The notes beneath the pieces were generated by a model. That model saw only the letters and a list, made by a program, of their open reading frames with translations. It was not told the origin of the DNA and did not search any database. A DNA stretch of 47,678 nt, taken from the sequence record LR597651; one strand, 5' to 3'. The stretch comes from Escherichia phage Lambda_ev058. Positions 14,104 through 25,256 of the stretch are shown here, one piece after another. The translations under genes and the position numbers were made by a program. Every line of letters starts with the position of its first letter. The first letter of the stretch is position 1.

Positions 14104-14847
14104 ATGACACAGACAGAATCAGCGATTCTGGCGCACGCCCGGCGATGTGCGCCAGCGGAGTCGTGCGGCTTCGTGGTAAGCACGCCGGAGGGGGAAAGAT
14201 ATTTTCCCTGCGTGAATATCTCCGGTGAGCCGGAGGCGTATTTCCGTATGTCGCCGGAAGACTGGCTGCAGGCAGAAATGCAGGGTGAGATTGTGGCGCT
14301 GGTCCACAGCCACCCCGGTGGTCTGCCCTGGCTGAGTGAGGCCGACCGGCGGCTGCAGGTGCAGAGTGATTTGCCGTGGTGGCTGGTCTGCCGGGGGACG
14401 ATTCATAAGTTCCGCTGTGTGCCGCATCTCACCGGGCGGCGCTTTGAGCACGGTGTGACGGACTGTTACACACTGTTCCGGGATGCTTATCATCTGGCGG
14501 GGATTGAGATGCCGGACTTTTATCGTGAGGATGACTGGTGGCGTAACGGCCAGAATCTCTATCTGGATAATCTGGAGGCGACGGGGCTGTATCAGGTGCC
14601 GTTGTCAGCGGCACAGCCGGGCGATGTGCTGCTGTGCTGTTTTGGTTCATCAGTGCCGAATCACGCCGCAATTTACTGCGGCGACGGCGAGCTGCTGCAC
14701 CATATTCCTGAACAACTGAGCAAACGAGAGAGGTACACCGACAAATGGCAGCGACGCACACACTCCCTCTGGCGTCACCGGGCATGGCGCGCATCTGCCT
14801 TTACGGGGATTTACAACGATTTGGTCGCCGCATCGACCTTCGTGTGA
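14104..14847 (+). CDS. K: tail tip assembly protein K (MPN/JAMM plus NlpC/P60-like); alternative start at 14248
   Basis: Full ORF of 247 aa. The lambda annotation corresponds to the internal start at 14248 (MSPEDWLQ...). The upstream extension carries an HSHPGG...SEAD JAMM-type motif, which argues for the longer product. Confidence 0.85.
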   Translation: MTQTESAILAHARRCAPAESCGFVVSTPEGERYFPCVNISGEPEAYFRMSPEDWLQAEMQGEIVALVHSHPGGLPWLSEADRRLQVQSDLPWWLVCRGTIHKFRCVPHLTGRRFEHGVTDCYTLFRDAYHLAGIEMPDFYREDDWWRNGQNLYLDNLEATGLYQVPLSAAQPGDVLLCCFGSSVPNHAAIYCGDGELLHHIPEQLSKRERYTDKWQRRTHSLWRHRAWRASAFTGIYNDLVAASTFV

Positions 14848-15416
14848 AAACGGGGGCTGAAGCCATCCGGGCACTGGCCACACAGCTCCCGGCGTTTCGT
14901 CAGAAACTGAGCGACGGCTGGTATCAGGTACGGATTGCCGGGCGGGACGTCAGCACGTCCGGGTTAACGGCGCAGTTACATGAGACTCTGCCTGATGGCG
15001 CTGTGATTCATATTGTTCCCAGAGTCGCCGGGGCCAAGTCAGGTGGCGTATTCCAGATTGTCCTGGGGGCTGCCGCCATTGCCGGATCATTCTTTACCGC
15101 CGGAGCCACCCTTGCAGCATGGGGGGCAGCCATTGGGGCCGGTGGTATGACCGGCATCCTGTTTTCTCTCGGTGCCAGTATGGTGCTCGGTGGTGTGGCG
15201 CAGATGCTGGCACCGAAAGCCAGAACTCCCCGTACACAGACAACGGATAACGGTAAGCAGAACACCTATTTCTCCTCACTGGATAACATGGTTGCCCAGG
15301 GCAATGTTCTGCCGGTTCTGTACGGTGAAATGCGCGTGGGGTCGCGGGTGGTCTCTCAGGAGATCAGCACGGCAGACGAAGGGGATGGTGGTCAGGTTGT
15401 GGTGATTGGTCGCTGA
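14745..15416 (+). CDS. I: tail tip protein I
   Basis: 223-aa ORF, same length and position as lambda gpI. Confidence 0.9.
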   Translation: MAATHTLPLASPGMARICLYGDLQRFGRRIDLRVKTGAEAIRALATQLPAFRQKLSDGWYQVRIAGRDVSTSGLTAQLHETLPDGAVIHIVPRVAGAKSGGVFQIVLGAAAIAGSFFTAGATLAAWGAAIGAGGMTGILFSLGASMVLGGVAQMLAPKARTPRTQTTDNGKQNTYFSSLDNMVAQGNVLPVLYGEMRVGSRVVSQEISTADEGDGGQVVVIGR

Positions 15417-15475
15417 TGAAAAACGTTTATGTGAAACCGCCTCCGGGCGGTTTTGTCGTTTATGGAGCGTGAGGA

Positions 15476-18400
15476 ATGGGTAAAGGCAGCAGTAAGGGGC
15501 ATACTCCGCGCGAAGCGAAGGACAACCTGAAGTCCACGCAGTTGCTGAGTGTGATCGATGCCATCAGCGAAGGGCCGGTTGAAGGTCCGGTGGATGGATT
15601 AAAAAGCGTGCTGCTGAACAGTACGCCAGTGCTGGACAGTGAGGGGAATACCAATATCTCCGGCGTCACGGTGGTGTTCCGGGCCGGTGAGCAGGAGCAG
15701 ACACCGCCGGAGGGATTTGAATCCTCCGGCTCCGAGACGGTGCTGGGTACGGAAGTGAAATACGACACGCCGATCACCCGGACCATCACGTCGGCAAACA
15801 TTGACCGACTGCGTTTTACCTTCGGCGTGCAGGCACTGGTGGAAACCACCTCAAAGGGGGACAGGAATCCGTCGGAAGTCCGCCTGCTGGTTCAGATCCA
15901 GCGTAATGGTGGCTGGGTGACGGAAAAAGACATCACCATTAAGGGCAAAACCACCTCGCAGTATCTGGCCTCGGTGGTGGTGGGTAACCTGCCGCCGCGC
16001 CCGTTCAATATCCGGATGCGCAGGATGACGCCGGACAGCACCACAGACCAGCTGCAGAACAAAACGCTCTGGTCGTCATACACCGAAATCATCGATGTGA
16101 AACAGGGCTACCCGAACACGGCACTGGTCGGCGTGCAGGTGGACTCGGAACAGTTCGGCAGTCAGCAGGTGAGCCGTAATTATCATCTTCGCGGGCGCAT
16201 TCTGCAGGTGCCGTCGAACTATAACCCGCAGACGCGGCAATACAGCGGTATCTGGGACGGAACGTTAAAACCGGCATACAGCAACAACATGGCCTGGTGT
16301 CTGTGGGATATGCTGACCCATCCGCGCTACGGCATGGGAAAACGTCTTGGTGCGGCGGATGTGGATAAATGGGCGCTGTATGTCATCGGCCAGTACTGCG
16401 ACCAGTCGGTGCCGGACGGCTTTGGCGGCACGGAGCCGCGCATTACCTGTAATGCGTACCTGACCACACAGCGCAAGGCGTGGGATGTGCTCAGTGATTT
16501 CTGCTCGGCGATGCGCTGTATGCCGGTATGGAACGGGCAGACGCTGACGTTCGTGCAGGACCGACCATCAGATAAGGTGTGGACCTATAACCGCAGTAAT
16601 GTGGTGATGCCGGATGATGGCGCGCCGTTCCGCTACAGCTTCAGCGCCCTGAAGGACCGCCATAATGCCGTTGAGGTGAACTGGATTGACCCGGATAACG
16701 GCTGGGAGACGGCGACAGAGCTCGTGGAGGATACGCAGGCCATTGCCCGTTACGGTCGTAATGTCACGAAGATGGATGCCTTTGGCTGTACCAGTCGGGG
16801 GCAGGCACACCGCGCCGGGCTGTGGCTGATTAAAACGGAACTGCTGGAAACGCAGACCGTGGATTTCAGCGTCGGCGCAGAAGGGCTTCGCCATGTACCG
16901 GGCGATGTTATTGAAATCTGTGATGATGACTATGCCGGTATCAGCACCGGTGGTCGTGTGCTGGCGGTGAACAGCCAGACCCGGACGCTGACGCTCGACC
17001 GTGAAATCACGCTGCCATCCTCCGGTACCACGCTGATAAGCCTGGTTGACGGAAGTGGCAATCCGGTCAGCGTGGAGGTTCAGTCCGTCACCGACGGCGT
17101 GAAGGTAAAAGTGAGCCGTGTTCCTGACGGTGTTGCTGAATACAGCGTATGGGGGCTGAAGCTGCCGACGCTGCGCCAGCGCCTGTTCCGCTGTGTGAGT
17201 ATCCGGGAGAACGATGACGGTACGTATGCCATCACCGCCGTGCAGCATGTACCGGAAAAAGAAGCCATCGTGGATAACGGGGCGCACTTTGACGGCGACC
17301 AGAGCGGCACGGTGAATGGTGTCACGCCGCCAGCGGTGCAGCACCTGACCGCCGAAGTCACCACAGACAGCGGGGAATATCAGGTGCTGGCGCGATGGGA
17401 CACGCCGAAGGTGGTGAAGGGCGTGAGCTTCCTGCTTCGCCTTACCGTGGCAGCGGACGACGGCAGTGAGCGGCTGGTCAGCATGGCCCGGACGACGGAA
17501 ACCACATACCGCTTCAGGCAACTGGCGCTGGGGAACTACAGGCTGACAGTCCGGGCGGTAAATGCGTGGGGGCAGCAGGGCGATCCGGCATCGGTATCGT
17601 TCCGGATTGCCGCACCGGCAGCGCCGTCGCAGATTGAGCTGACACCGGGGTATTTTCAGATAACCGCCACGCCCCATCTTGCCGTTTATGATCCGACGGT
17701 ACAGTTTGAGTTCTGGTTCTCGGAAAAGCGGATTGCGGATATCAGGCAGGTTGAAACCACAGCCCGCTATCTTGGCACGGCGCTGTACTGGATAGCTGCC
17801 AGTATCAATATCAAACCGGGCCATGATTATTATTTTTACATCCGCAGTGTGAACACCGTTGGCAAATCGGCATTTGTGGAGGCTGTTGGCCAGCCGAGTG
17901 ATGATGCATCCGGCTATCTGGATTTTTTCAAAGGCGAGATAGGGAAAAGCCATCTGGCTCAGGAGCTGTGGACGCAGATTGATAACGGTCAGCTTGCGCC
18001 TGACCTGGCTGAAATCAGGACGTCCATTACGGATGTCAGCAATGAAATCACGCAGACCGTCAATAAGAAACTGGAAGACCAGAGTGCGGCAATTCAGCAG
18101 ATACAGAAGGTTCAGGTTGATACAAATAATAACCTGAACAGCATGTGGGCTGTGAAGCTGCAGCAGATGCAGGACGGACGCCTTTATATCGCGGGTATTG
18201 GTGCCGGTATTGAGAACACCCCTGACGGCATGCAGAGTCAGGTGCTGCTGGCGGCGGACAGGATTGCGATGATTAATCCTGCGAATGGCAATACAAAGCC
18301 GATGTTTGTTGGGCAGGGCGATCAGATATTCATGAACGAAGTGTTCCTGAAATATCTGACGGCTCCCACCATTACCAGCGGTGGCAATCCCCCAACGTTT

Positions 18401-18958
18401 TCACTGACACCTGATGGTCGACTTTCTGCGAGAAATGCGGATATCAGCGGTAACGTGAATGCGAACTCCGGGACGCTCAATAATGTCACGATTAACCAGA
18501 ACTGTCGGATTCTGGGAAAACTGTCAGCTAACCAGATTGAAGGTGATATTGTCAAAACGGTGGGAAAAGCCTTTCCGAGAAATGGCAGTTATGCCAGCGG
18601 TACAATAACGGTCACTGTGTACGATGACCAGGCTTTTGACCGTCAGATAGTCGTCCCCCCCGTTCTGTTTCGCGGTGGTAAGCATGAAAACTTCAACAGC
18701 AACAACCAACAGTCATACTGGTATTCAACCTGTAAGCTGCAGGTGCTGAAGAACGGACAGGAAATCTTTCAGCAACCCGCGACGGATGTCAGCAGGGTAT
18801 TTTCATCAGTCATTGATATGCCTGCCGGACACGGCCATGTCACCCTGACTTTCAATGTTTCTTCATATGGTGCAAATAACTGGACGCCAACGACCAGTAT
18901 CAGCGACCTTCTTGTTGTCGTGATGAAGAAATCAACAGCCGGCATCAGTATCAGTTGA
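15476..18958 (+). CDS. J: central tail fiber / host specificity protein J
   Basis: 1160-aa ORF; N-terminus [24 protein letters not shown]... matches lambda gpJ as recalled (lambda J is 1132 aa). Confidence 0.95.
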   Translation: MGKGSSKGHTPREAKDNLKSTQLLSVIDAISEGPVEGPVDGLKSVLLNSTPVLDSEGNTNISGVTVVFRAGEQEQTPPEGFESSGSETVLGTEVKYDTPITRTITSANIDRLRFTFGVQALVETTSKGDRNPSEVRLLVQIQRNGGWVTEKDITIKGKTTSQYLASVVVGNLPPRPFNIRMRRMTPDSTTDQLQNKTLWSSYTEIIDVKQGYPNTALVGVQVDSEQFGSQQVSRNYHLRGRILQVPSNYNPQTRQYSGIWDGTLKPAYSNNMAWCLWDMLTHPRYGMGKRLGAADVDKWALYVIGQYCDQSVPDGFGGTEPRITCNAYLTTQRKAWDVLSDFCSAMRCMPVWNGQTLTFVQDRPSDKVWTYNRSNVVMPDDGAPFRYSFSALKDRHNAVEVNWIDPDNGWETATELVEDTQAIARYGRNVTKMDAFGCTSRGQAHRAGLWLIKTELLETQTVDFSVGAEGLRHVPGDVIEICDDDYAGISTGGRVLAVNSQTRTLTLDREITLPSSGTTLISLVDGSGNPVSVEVQSVTDGVKVKVSRVPDGVAEYSVWGLKLPTLRQRLFRCVSIRENDDGTYAITAVQHVPEKEAIVDNGAHFDGDQSGTVNGVTPPAVQHLTAEVTTDSGEYQVLARWDTPKVVKGVSFLLRLTVAADDGSERLVSMARTTETTYRFRQLALGNYRLTVRAVNAWGQQGDPASVSFRIAAPAAPSQIELTPGYFQITATPHLAVYDPTVQFEFWFSEKRIADIRQVETTARYLGTALYWIAASINIKPGHDYYFYIRSVNTVGKSAFVEAVGQPSDDASGYLDFFKGEIGKSHLAQELWTQIDNGQLAPDLAEIRTSITDVSNEITQTVNKKLEDQSAAIQQIQKVQVDTNNNLNSMWAVKLQQMQDGRLYIAGIGAGIENTPDGMQSQVLLAADRIAMINPANGNTKPMFVGQGDQIFMNEVFLKYLTAPTITSGGNPPTFSLTPDGRLSARNADISGNVNANSGTLNNVTINQNCRILGKLSANQIEGDIVKTVGKAFPRNGSYASGTITVTVYDDQAFDRQIVVPPVLFRGGKHENFNSNNQQSYWYSTCKLQVLKNGQEIFQQPATDVSRVFSSVIDMPAGHGHVTLTFNVSSYGANNWTPTTSISDLLVVVMKKSTAGISIS

Positions 18959-18976
18959 ATTTTAAAACCCAAATTC

Positions 18977-19001
18977 GGGCACCAGAAATGGTGCCTTTTT
19001 T
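18977..19001 (+). terminator. intrinsic terminator downstream of J
   Basis: Direct: GGGCACC-loop-GGTGCC stem followed by a T-run, between J and stf. Confidence 0.55.
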
Positions 19002-19016
19002 ATTTGTGGAGTGAAT

Positions 19017-21038
19017 ATGGCAGTACAGATTTCAGGTGTGCTGAAAGACGGTGCAGGAAAACCGATACAGAACTGCACCATTCAGCTCAAAGCAAAACGT
19101 AACAGCACCACAGTTGTGGTGAACACGGTGGCCTCAGAAAATCCGGATGAAGCCGGACGTTACAGCATGGATGTTGAGTATGGCCAGTACAGCGTCGCCC
19201 TGCTGGTTGAAGGTTTTCCGCCTTCACATGCCGGGACCATCACCGTGTATGAGGATTCTAAGCCGGGGACATTGAATGATTTTCTGGGCGCTGCAACAGA
19301 AGATGATGTTTGTCCGGAGGCACTGTATCGTTTTGAAAAGATGGTGGAAGAGGCGGCACGCAACGCTGAAGCCGCCTCTCAGAGCGCAGCGGCAGCAAAG
19401 AAATCAGAAACAGCAGCGGCATCGTCCAGGAACGCGGCGAAAACATCAGAGACGAATGCAGGTAACAGCGCGAAAGCGGCAGCTTCTTCAAAAACAGCCG
19501 CACAAAACGCAGCAACAGCGGCAGAACGTTCAGAGACAAATGCCCGTGCGTCAGAAGAAGCCTCCGCAGACAGTGAAGAGGCTTCCCGCCGTAATGCAGA
19601 GTCAGCCGCTGAAAATGCCGGAGTCGCCACCACAAAAGCGCGGGAGGCCGCAGCAGACGCAACAAAGGCCGGGCAGAAAAAGGATGAGGCTCTGTCGGCA
19701 GCGACACGAGCTGAAAAGGCGGCAGACCGCGCAGAAGCCGCAGCGGAAGTGACTGCAGAGCCCTGTGCGAATATAGTGCCGCCGCTGCCTGATGTGTGGA
19801 TACCGTTTAACGATTCACTGGATATGATTACGGGTTTTTCGCCATCTTATAAAAAGATAGTTATTGGTGACGATGAAATAACAATGCCAGGCGACAAGAT
19901 TGTTAAGTTTAAACGTGCTTCAACAGCAACGTATATTAATAAGTCCGGCCAACTCAAGCTTGCTGAAGTTGACGAACCGCGATTTGAGCGCGATGGCTTA
20001 TTGATTGAAGGACAGAGGACAAATTATCTGAGGAACTCAAATAAACCAGACTCATGGACTGTTCATTCCGCACTGAATAAAACATTTGGCACTGATAAAC
20101 AGGGGTTCAATTATGCCACGGTGACACCCACGGAAAGTATAGTGGGAACAACAGGTGGCTATACTGTGCATGGTGTGGTTGCAGCAGACAGATTCCCGCT
20201 GGCAAGTGGTGAATGTTTCACTTTTTCGTGCCGGGTTAAAGGCGCTAAAGCACGATGCAGGTTAAGAGTTTCAGTTATTATTGGTGGAACAGATACCTTC
20301 TCTGCTGACTCTTATCTTGATCTGGATACCCGGATCGCAACAGTAAGCGGTAATACATCCCTTATAACAGCCAAAGCTGAACAACAGGGCGAGTGGACCT
20401 ACTATGAGGCCACTTATACAGCTAATACGGACATTGATACCGTTAACTGTGCTTTTTATATGACAAATAAAATAAGTAATGAGCCATTCTATGATGACTC
20501 AACATTAACCATGACGACGCCGCAAATTGAACTGGGCAATACGGCATCGTCATTTATTGTAACTACAATGCCAACAACACGCGCAAGTGATGTAGTTACT
20601 ATCCCATCGCAGAATAACCTGTCAACACGGCCTTTTACGGTATTGTGCGAAGTAAGCAGGAACTGGAGTACACCGCCCAATGTTGCGCCAAGGATATTTG
20701 ATGTTGGAGGGCACAGTATTGATGATAATTATTTATCGCTGGGGTTTGTTGCAACAGGAAAGATAAGCGCCAACGTAGGAATGGTTCAGCCACAAATTGC
20801 CTCAGATGGAGAAAGGTTCATTGTGGGTGTGAGAGCTAAATCTGATTTATCAGTAAATGCAATATGCAATGGTAATTATACAACAAACCTTAATGGTAAA
20901 ATATTTGGAGTTACAGCAACATCGTACCGGTTTGGTGGGCAGACCGCAGCAGGAACGCGTCATTTGTTTGGACACATCAGAAATTTCAGAGTCTGGTTTA
21001 AAGAATTAAATGACAGGCAAATCAAGGAGGCAGTATGA
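19017..21038 (+). CDS. stf: side tail fiber protein with divergent C-terminal region
   Basis: N-terminal ~90 aa (MAVQISGVLKDGAGKPIQNCTIQLKA...HAGTITVYEDSKPGTLNDFL) resemble lambda Stf as recalled. Followed by Ala/Ser-rich SETNA-type fiber repeats and then an unrelated AT-rich C-terminal ~430 aa. RBS GGAG lies 6 nt before ATG 19017 (the track starts at GTG 19011). Confidence 0.8.
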   Translation: MAVQISGVLKDGAGKPIQNCTIQLKAKRNSTTVVVNTVASENPDEAGRYSMDVEYGQYSVALLVEGFPPSHAGTITVYEDSKPGTLNDFLGAATEDDVCPEALYRFEKMVEEAARNAEAASQSAAAAKKSETAAASSRNAAKTSETNAGNSAKAAASSKTAAQNAATAAERSETNARASEEASADSEEASRRNAESAAENAGVATTKAREAAADATKAGQKKDEALSAATRAEKAADRAEAAAEVTAEPCANIVPPLPDVWIPFNDSLDMITGFSPSYKKIVIGDDEITMPGDKIVKFKRASTATYINKSGQLKLAEVDEPRFERDGLLIEGQRTNYLRNSNKPDSWTVHSALNKTFGTDKQGFNYATVTPTESIVGTTGGYTVHGVVAADRFPLASGECFTFSCRVKGAKARCRLRVSVIIGGTDTFSADSYLDLDTRIATVSGNTSLITAKAEQQGEWTYYEATYTANTDIDTVNCAFYMTNKISNEPFYDDSTLTMTTPQIELGNTASSFIVTTMPTTRASDVVTIPSQNNLSTRPFTVLCEVSRNWSTPPNVAPRIFDVGGHSIDDNYLSLGFVATGKISANVGMVQPQIASDGERFIVGVRAKSDLSVNAICNGNYTTNLNGKIFGVTATSYRFGGQTAAGTRHLFGHIRNFRVWFKELNDRQIKEAV

Positions 21039-21313
21039 AAGATTTAACTTTGAAATTTCCTGGTAACAGAGAGTTTAAATCCTTCCTGTCATCTCTTGAC
21101 TGGGAGGAGGATGAAGACCTCCAGAATAAACTGTTAGTCGATGAAATTGGTTTCACCTACACAGAAACAGGGGTAACAGAAGAGGGAGAACCTGTCTGTG
21201 TCCGGAATGACGGTTATTTTGTCAACATTCGCATTCTTGATGACTTGTTTGATGTTTCTGTATTCTCTGATTATGTCGTGGAGCTGGAAACACCGCTTCG
21301 GGAATGGAGCTGA
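21035..21313 (+). CDS. hypothetical protein coupled to stf (possible fiber chaperone)
   Basis: 92-aa ORF whose start overlaps the stf stop (ATGA); acidic. No recognised homology. Confidence 0.5.
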   Translation: MKDLTLKFPGNREFKSFLSSLDWEEDEDLQNKLLVDEIGFTYTETGVTEEGEPVCVRNDGYFVNIRILDDLFDVSVFSDYVVELETPLREWS

Positions 21314-21325
21314 AAGGAGGAAATA

Positions 21326-21619
21326 ATGGATATAAGCCCCTTACTTCATGCACTTTGTGCTGTGGCTGCGCAGATACTGGTTGGTCTTTTTACCGGAAAC
21401 TGGGCTTACGGAGCGATAGCCGGTTGTACGTTCTTCATTGCGCGTGAACATACCCAGGCAGAATATCGCTGGATTGAAATGTTCGGGCATGGCAAGCGAA
21501 TGAATATGCCGTGGTGGGGCGGTTTTGATCCGCGAGCTTGGGATGTGGCAAGCCTGATGGATTTTGCTGTGCCGGTGGTGGCGTGTCTGCTGGTCTGGCT
21601 GTTGGTTAATCGTGGGTGA
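21326..21619 (+). CDS. hypothetical small membrane protein
   Basis: 97-aa ORF with AGGAGG RBS and two hydrophobic segments; no recognised homology. Confidence 0.5.
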   Translation: MDISPLLHALCAVAAQILVGLFTGNWAYGAIAGCTFFIAREHTQAEYRWIEMFGHGKRMNMPWWGGFDPRAWDVASLMDFAVPVVACLLVWLLVNRG

Positions 21620-21710
21620 AAAAAGGTGAGCTGTATATGCAACGGAGGAAGAAACCCCGTTGCTGGAAGCCAGGAAAAAGTATCGGGTGTTGCTGTCCTC
21701 GGATGTTGTG

Positions 21711-22568
21711 CTAATTGGGTGATAACAGATCCTGTGTATGGGAGTTTCCCTTTTTGCGTGCGTTGATGCTGGTAACGGCAAACGTCATGATGAACAAAAC
21801 CGCGAATAAGACGACAATCGTCGGAGCTGGTGCGCTGTCGATAAAAAAGGACAACCAGACACCAGTCATTGACACTATTACCGATATGCCAGTCGCCAGT
21901 AGGAGCGCAATATGAAAGCGTTGTGTCAGGAGTACCGCAATGGCGCCAGGCGCAATGAGCAGAGAAATGGAGAGAATGATACCTACCGCTTTCAGCGTCG
22001 CCACAATGGTCAGAGAGACCATGCACAGCAGCCCATAATGCAGCCATCTCGTATGCAAACCGCTTACCTGCGCCTGTTGATAATCAAAGCTGAACAGCAA
22101 AAAATCCCGCCATTTTACGCTAATAACAAGTGTAACCAGCCCGGCAATAATCATCGTCTGGATTATATCGCCGATGGTTATCCCGAGCATGTCGCCGAAA
22201 AGAATATGGTCAAGATGTACGTCTGGTTTGACTGCAATATACAAGATCAGACCTGCGGCAAACATGCCAGAAAAAACAATCCCCATCACTGTATCTTGCT
22301 TGATTCGGCTGTTGTCTTTCAGGTATCCCGTCGCCACCGCGCAGAATACTCCGGCGACGAATGCCCCTGTAGCCAAAGGTAACCCCAGAATCCAGGCAAG
22401 CACGATGCCAGGAAAAACCGCATGACTCATCGCGTCACCCATCAGTGCCCAACCTTTCAGGACCAGAAAGACCGACAGCAGCGCACAGGGTATGGAAACT
22501 ACCAGTGAAATCAGCAGTGCGTGACTCATAAAGGTGAACTGCAGTGGCTCCAGTAATAATGCCATCAT
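21711..22568 (-). CDS. sitD: Mn/Fe ABC transporter permease SitD
   Basis: 285-aa polytopic membrane protein of the MntC/ZnuB permease type; last gene of a four-gene operon with overlapping stop/start codons. Confidence 0.85.
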   Translation of the reverse strand: MMALLLEPLQFTFMSHALLISLVVSIPCALLSVFLVLKGWALMGDAMSHAVFPGIVLAWILGLPLATGAFVAGVFCAVATGYLKDNSRIKQDTVMGIVFSGMFAAGLILYIAVKPDVHLDHILFGDMLGITIGDIIQTMIIAGLVTLVISVKWRDFLLFSFDYQQAQVSGLHTRWLHYGLLCMVSLTIVATLKAVGIILSISLLIAPGAIAVLLTQRFHIALLLATGISVIVSMTGVWLSFFIDSAPAPTIVVLFAVLFIMTFAVTSINARKKGNSHTQDLLSPN

Positions 22569-23422
22569 GAGCGATCCTCCAGCGCCTTATGCGCACGCCG
22601 ACGATTTGCCAAAAGCCCATGGGTGGGCGCAAAGACAAATGCTAAAAGAAACAGCAGTGTCTGCGCCACCACGATGATTCCACCTGTCGCGCCGTCCAGA
22701 AAGTAACTGACCCACGCGCCGAGGAAACTGGTTACACTGCCAATAGTTACAGCAATCATGAGCAGGCGGGGAAAACGATCGGTTAACAACCATGCTGTTG
22801 CACCGGGAGTCACCACCAGACAGATCACCAGAAAGGCACCAACCGTTTGCAGCGCCGCAACGGTCGAAACCGACAGCAGGGTGAAGAAGAGGAGTTTTAA
22901 TCTGCCCGGATGCAATCCAATAGCACGGGCGTGATTCTCGTCGAAAAAGGTCACCATAAGATCTTTCCATTTGAAAAAAAGCACGATGATCGAGAGAATG
23001 CCAATGATAGTGAGTTGCAGGATATCCGCCGGATCGATTGCCAGAATATTGCCCAGGACGATGGTCTGAATGTTCACAGATGTCGGGTTCAATGACACCA
23101 TAAACAGCCCCAGGCCAAAAAAGGACGAGAAGATCAGACCGATGATGGCATCTTCTTTTAAGCGGGTGCGTTGGTTAAGAAACAGCATGCTGCCCGCAGC
23201 CAGTCCGCCGGAAAAGAAGGCTCCCAGAGAAAACGGAAGCCCCAGCATATATGCCCCCGCAACACCCGGGACAATAGAGTGCGACAACGCATCGCCAATC
23301 AGCGACCAGCCTTTTAGCATCAGATAGCATGACAGGAAAGCGCAGAGACCGCCGACCATCGCCGAGACCCACATCGCATTGAGCATATATTCATAGCTGA
23401 AGGGTTCCAGTAGCACGTTCAT
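22565..23422 (-). CDS. sitC: Mn/Fe ABC transporter permease SitC
   Basis: 285-aa permease paralogous to SitD; start overlaps the sitB stop. Confidence 0.85.
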   Translation of the reverse strand: MNVLLEPFSYEYMLNAMWVSAMVGGLCAFLSCYLMLKGWSLIGDALSHSIVPGVAGAYMLGLPFSLGAFFSGGLAAGSMLFLNQRTRLKEDAIIGLIFSSFFGLGLFMVSLNPTSVNIQTIVLGNILAIDPADILQLTIIGILSIIVLFFKWKDLMVTFFDENHARAIGLHPGRLKLLFFTLLSVSTVAALQTVGAFLVICLVVTPGATAWLLTDRFPRLLMIAVTIGSVTSFLGAWVSYFLDGATGGIIVVAQTLLFLLAFVFAPTHGLLANRRRAHKALEDRS

Positions 23423-24246
23423 CTTTCTTCCCTCTGCACCGCTGACGGTCGATGAGCCACAAAAGGGCGTTCATCGTCAGTAATAATGCTTTCTTCCGAG
23501 CCGTTAAGTGTGACATGGCGCAGTACGCCGCTAAAAGCCAGCTCTAGGTTCTCGGCTGTAAAAGTGGTGTCTGTCGGCCCGCTTGCCAGGACGGTGCCTT
23601 TGACCATGACCGTATAATCGCAAAATGTCGTGACGGATCCGAGATTGTGTGTTGAGACAAGCATCGTTTTGCCTTCCGCGCGTAACTCCCTCAACAGGCT
23701 GATGATTTTGGCTTCGGTTTTCACATCAACGCCAGTAAAAGGTTCATCCAGCAGGATCACATCACCCTGCTGTGCAATCGCTCTCGCCAGAAAGACGCGT
23801 TTCTTTTGTCCACCGGAAAGCTCGCCGATTTGTCGATGGCGAAAATTCACCATATCGACACGTTCCAGCGCATCGGTGACAATTTGACGATCCCTCTTTT
23901 TGGCGATACGCAACATACCCATATGCCCATAGCGGCCCATCATCACCACATCTTCCACCAGTACAGGAAATGACCAGTCAACATCTTCTGACTGAGGGAC
24001 GTAGGCAACCAGGTTTTTCTGTAACGCCTGTCGCGTGGGAATACCCAGAACAGATATCTTTCCGCTGGTCAGACGCACAAATCCCATAATCGCTTTAAAC
24101 AACGTCGATTTTCCGGAACCGTTTACCCCAACCAGAGCGGCAATAGATCCACTTGGTACTGTGAAGGATGCATCGCGCAGTGCTGTGTGCCCGTTACGCC
24201 AGGTGACAGTAACATCATTAACGACAATGCCTGCAGATTGCATCAT
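23419..24246 (-). CDS. sitB: Mn/Fe ABC transporter ATP-binding protein SitB
   Basis: 275-aa protein with Walker A (GVNGSGKST), ABC signature (LSGGQ) and Walker B (ILLDEP). Confidence 0.9.
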   Translation of the reverse strand: MMQSAGIVVNDVTVTWRNGHTALRDASFTVPSGSIAALVGVNGSGKSTLFKAIMGFVRLTSGKISVLGIPTRQALQKNLVAYVPQSEDVDWSFPVLVEDVVMMGRYGHMGMLRIAKKRDRQIVTDALERVDMVNFRHRQIGELSGGQKKRVFLARAIAQQGDVILLDEPFTGVDVKTEAKIISLLRELRAEGKTMLVSTHNLGSVTTFCDYTVMVKGTVLASGPTDTTFTAENLELAFSGVLRHVTLNGSEESIITDDERPFVAHRPSAVQREER

Positions 24247-25160
24247 TATTTCTCCCTTTTCCCAGCTTTAATTCCCTGTACCAGCGTACTGGTAGTAACC
24301 TTAAGAAGGTCGATATACGTCGGTACCGGGCCGTTTTCTGTGCTCAGGGAATCGACATAGAGCACACCGCCGTAGTGTGCGCCGGTTTCACGCGCAACCT
24401 GACGCGCTGGTTTATCGGAAATCGTACTCTCGCTAAAGACTGCCGGGATATGATTTTTCTTAACTATATCAACAACCTTACGTACCTGCTGCGGTGTTCC
24501 TTGTTGATCGGCATTAATCGGCCACAGATAAAGCTCTTTTAGCCCCAAATCGCGTGCGAGATAAGAAAAAGCCCCTTCACTGGTGACCATCCATCGCTGA
24601 TTCTCAGGGAGTTCCGTAATCTGCTTACGCAGGGGGGCAAGGGTTTGGGTAATCTTGGCTTTATAAGTATCGGCATTGCGTTGGTAGGTTTGTGCATTTG
24701 CCGGATCGTATTTTATCAACGCATCACGAATATTATCGACGTAAATCAGAGCATTATCTGGCGACATCCATGCATGGGGGTTAGGTTTGCCCTCATAGGG
24801 TCCTTCGGTGATCCCTACAGGCGTCACACCCGAAGAGACAATTACTTCTGGAACCCCATTGAGATGCTGGTAAAAGCGTTGGAACCACAATTCCAGATTC
24901 ATACCATTGGCGAGAATCAGTTGTGCCCCCTGCGCACGTTTAATATCGCCAGGGGTAGGCTGATACTCATGAATTTCTGCACCAGGCTTGGTTATGGATG
25001 AGACTTCTGCAGCATCTCCCGCCACGTTTTTGGCCATATCCGCGATGATGGTAAATGTTGTAATGACCTTGAATTTTTCAGTTGCACTTGCCTGAAATGC
25101 GATCGAGCAGGTGAGTGCGAGCCCCCCCAAGAGCATGGTTACTTTTTTTATCGAGTGCAT
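24246..25160 (-). CDS. sitA: periplasmic Mn/Fe-binding protein SitA
   Basis: 304-aa protein with an N-terminal signal peptide and a TroA/cluster-9 solute-binding fold signature; first gene of the operon. Confidence 0.9.
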   Translation of the reverse strand: MHSIKKVTMLLGGLALTCSIAFQASATEKFKVITTFTIIADMAKNVAGDAAEVSSITKPGAEIHEYQPTPGDIKRAQGAQLILANGMNLELWFQRFYQHLNGVPEVIVSSGVTPVGITEGPYEGKPNPHAWMSPDNALIYVDNIRDALIKYDPANAQTYQRNADTYKAKITQTLAPLRKQITELPENQRWMVTSEGAFSYLARDLGLKELYLWPINADQQGTPQQVRKVVDIVKKNHIPAVFSESTISDKPARQVARETGAHYGGVLYVDSLSTENGPVPTYIDLLKVTTSTLVQGIKAGKREK

Positions 25161-25192
25161 AATTTAGTACCTATAGTGAGCAAAATTAGAAC

Positions 25193-25214
25193 AAACATAG
25201 CAACGGCTATGTTT
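25193..25214. promoter_or_regulatory. MntR box upstream of sitA
   Basis: Direct: perfect inverted repeat AAACATAGC-AACG-GCTATGTTT. It matches the E. coli/Salmonella MntR operator (established). Confidence 0.75.
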
Positions 25215-25236
25215 TATAGCACAGCCTATACAAAAT

Positions 25237-25256
25237 GAAAATGATTATCATTAGCA
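25237..25256. promoter_or_regulatory. Fur box upstream of sitA
   Basis: Direct: GAAAATGATTATCATTAGC matches the Fur consensus GATAATGATAATCATTATC at 16 of 19 positions. Confidence 0.65.

Noticed and set aside
16568-17953. 461-aa ORF on the minus strand inside J
   Set aside because: It lies antisense within the lambda-type J gene. Long antisense ORFs are expected by chance in GC-rich coding sequence, and no RBS or independent context supports it.
18959-19016. Expected lom outer-membrane protein gene between J and stf
   Set aside because: Only a 58-bp spacer with a terminator hairpin is present; lom is absent from this phage rather than missed.
19258-19752. Overlapping ORFs on both strands within the stf repeat region (149 aa minus, 158 aa plus)
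   Set aside because: They are low-complexity translations of the Ala/Ser-rich fiber repeat DNA in alternative frames, not independent genes.
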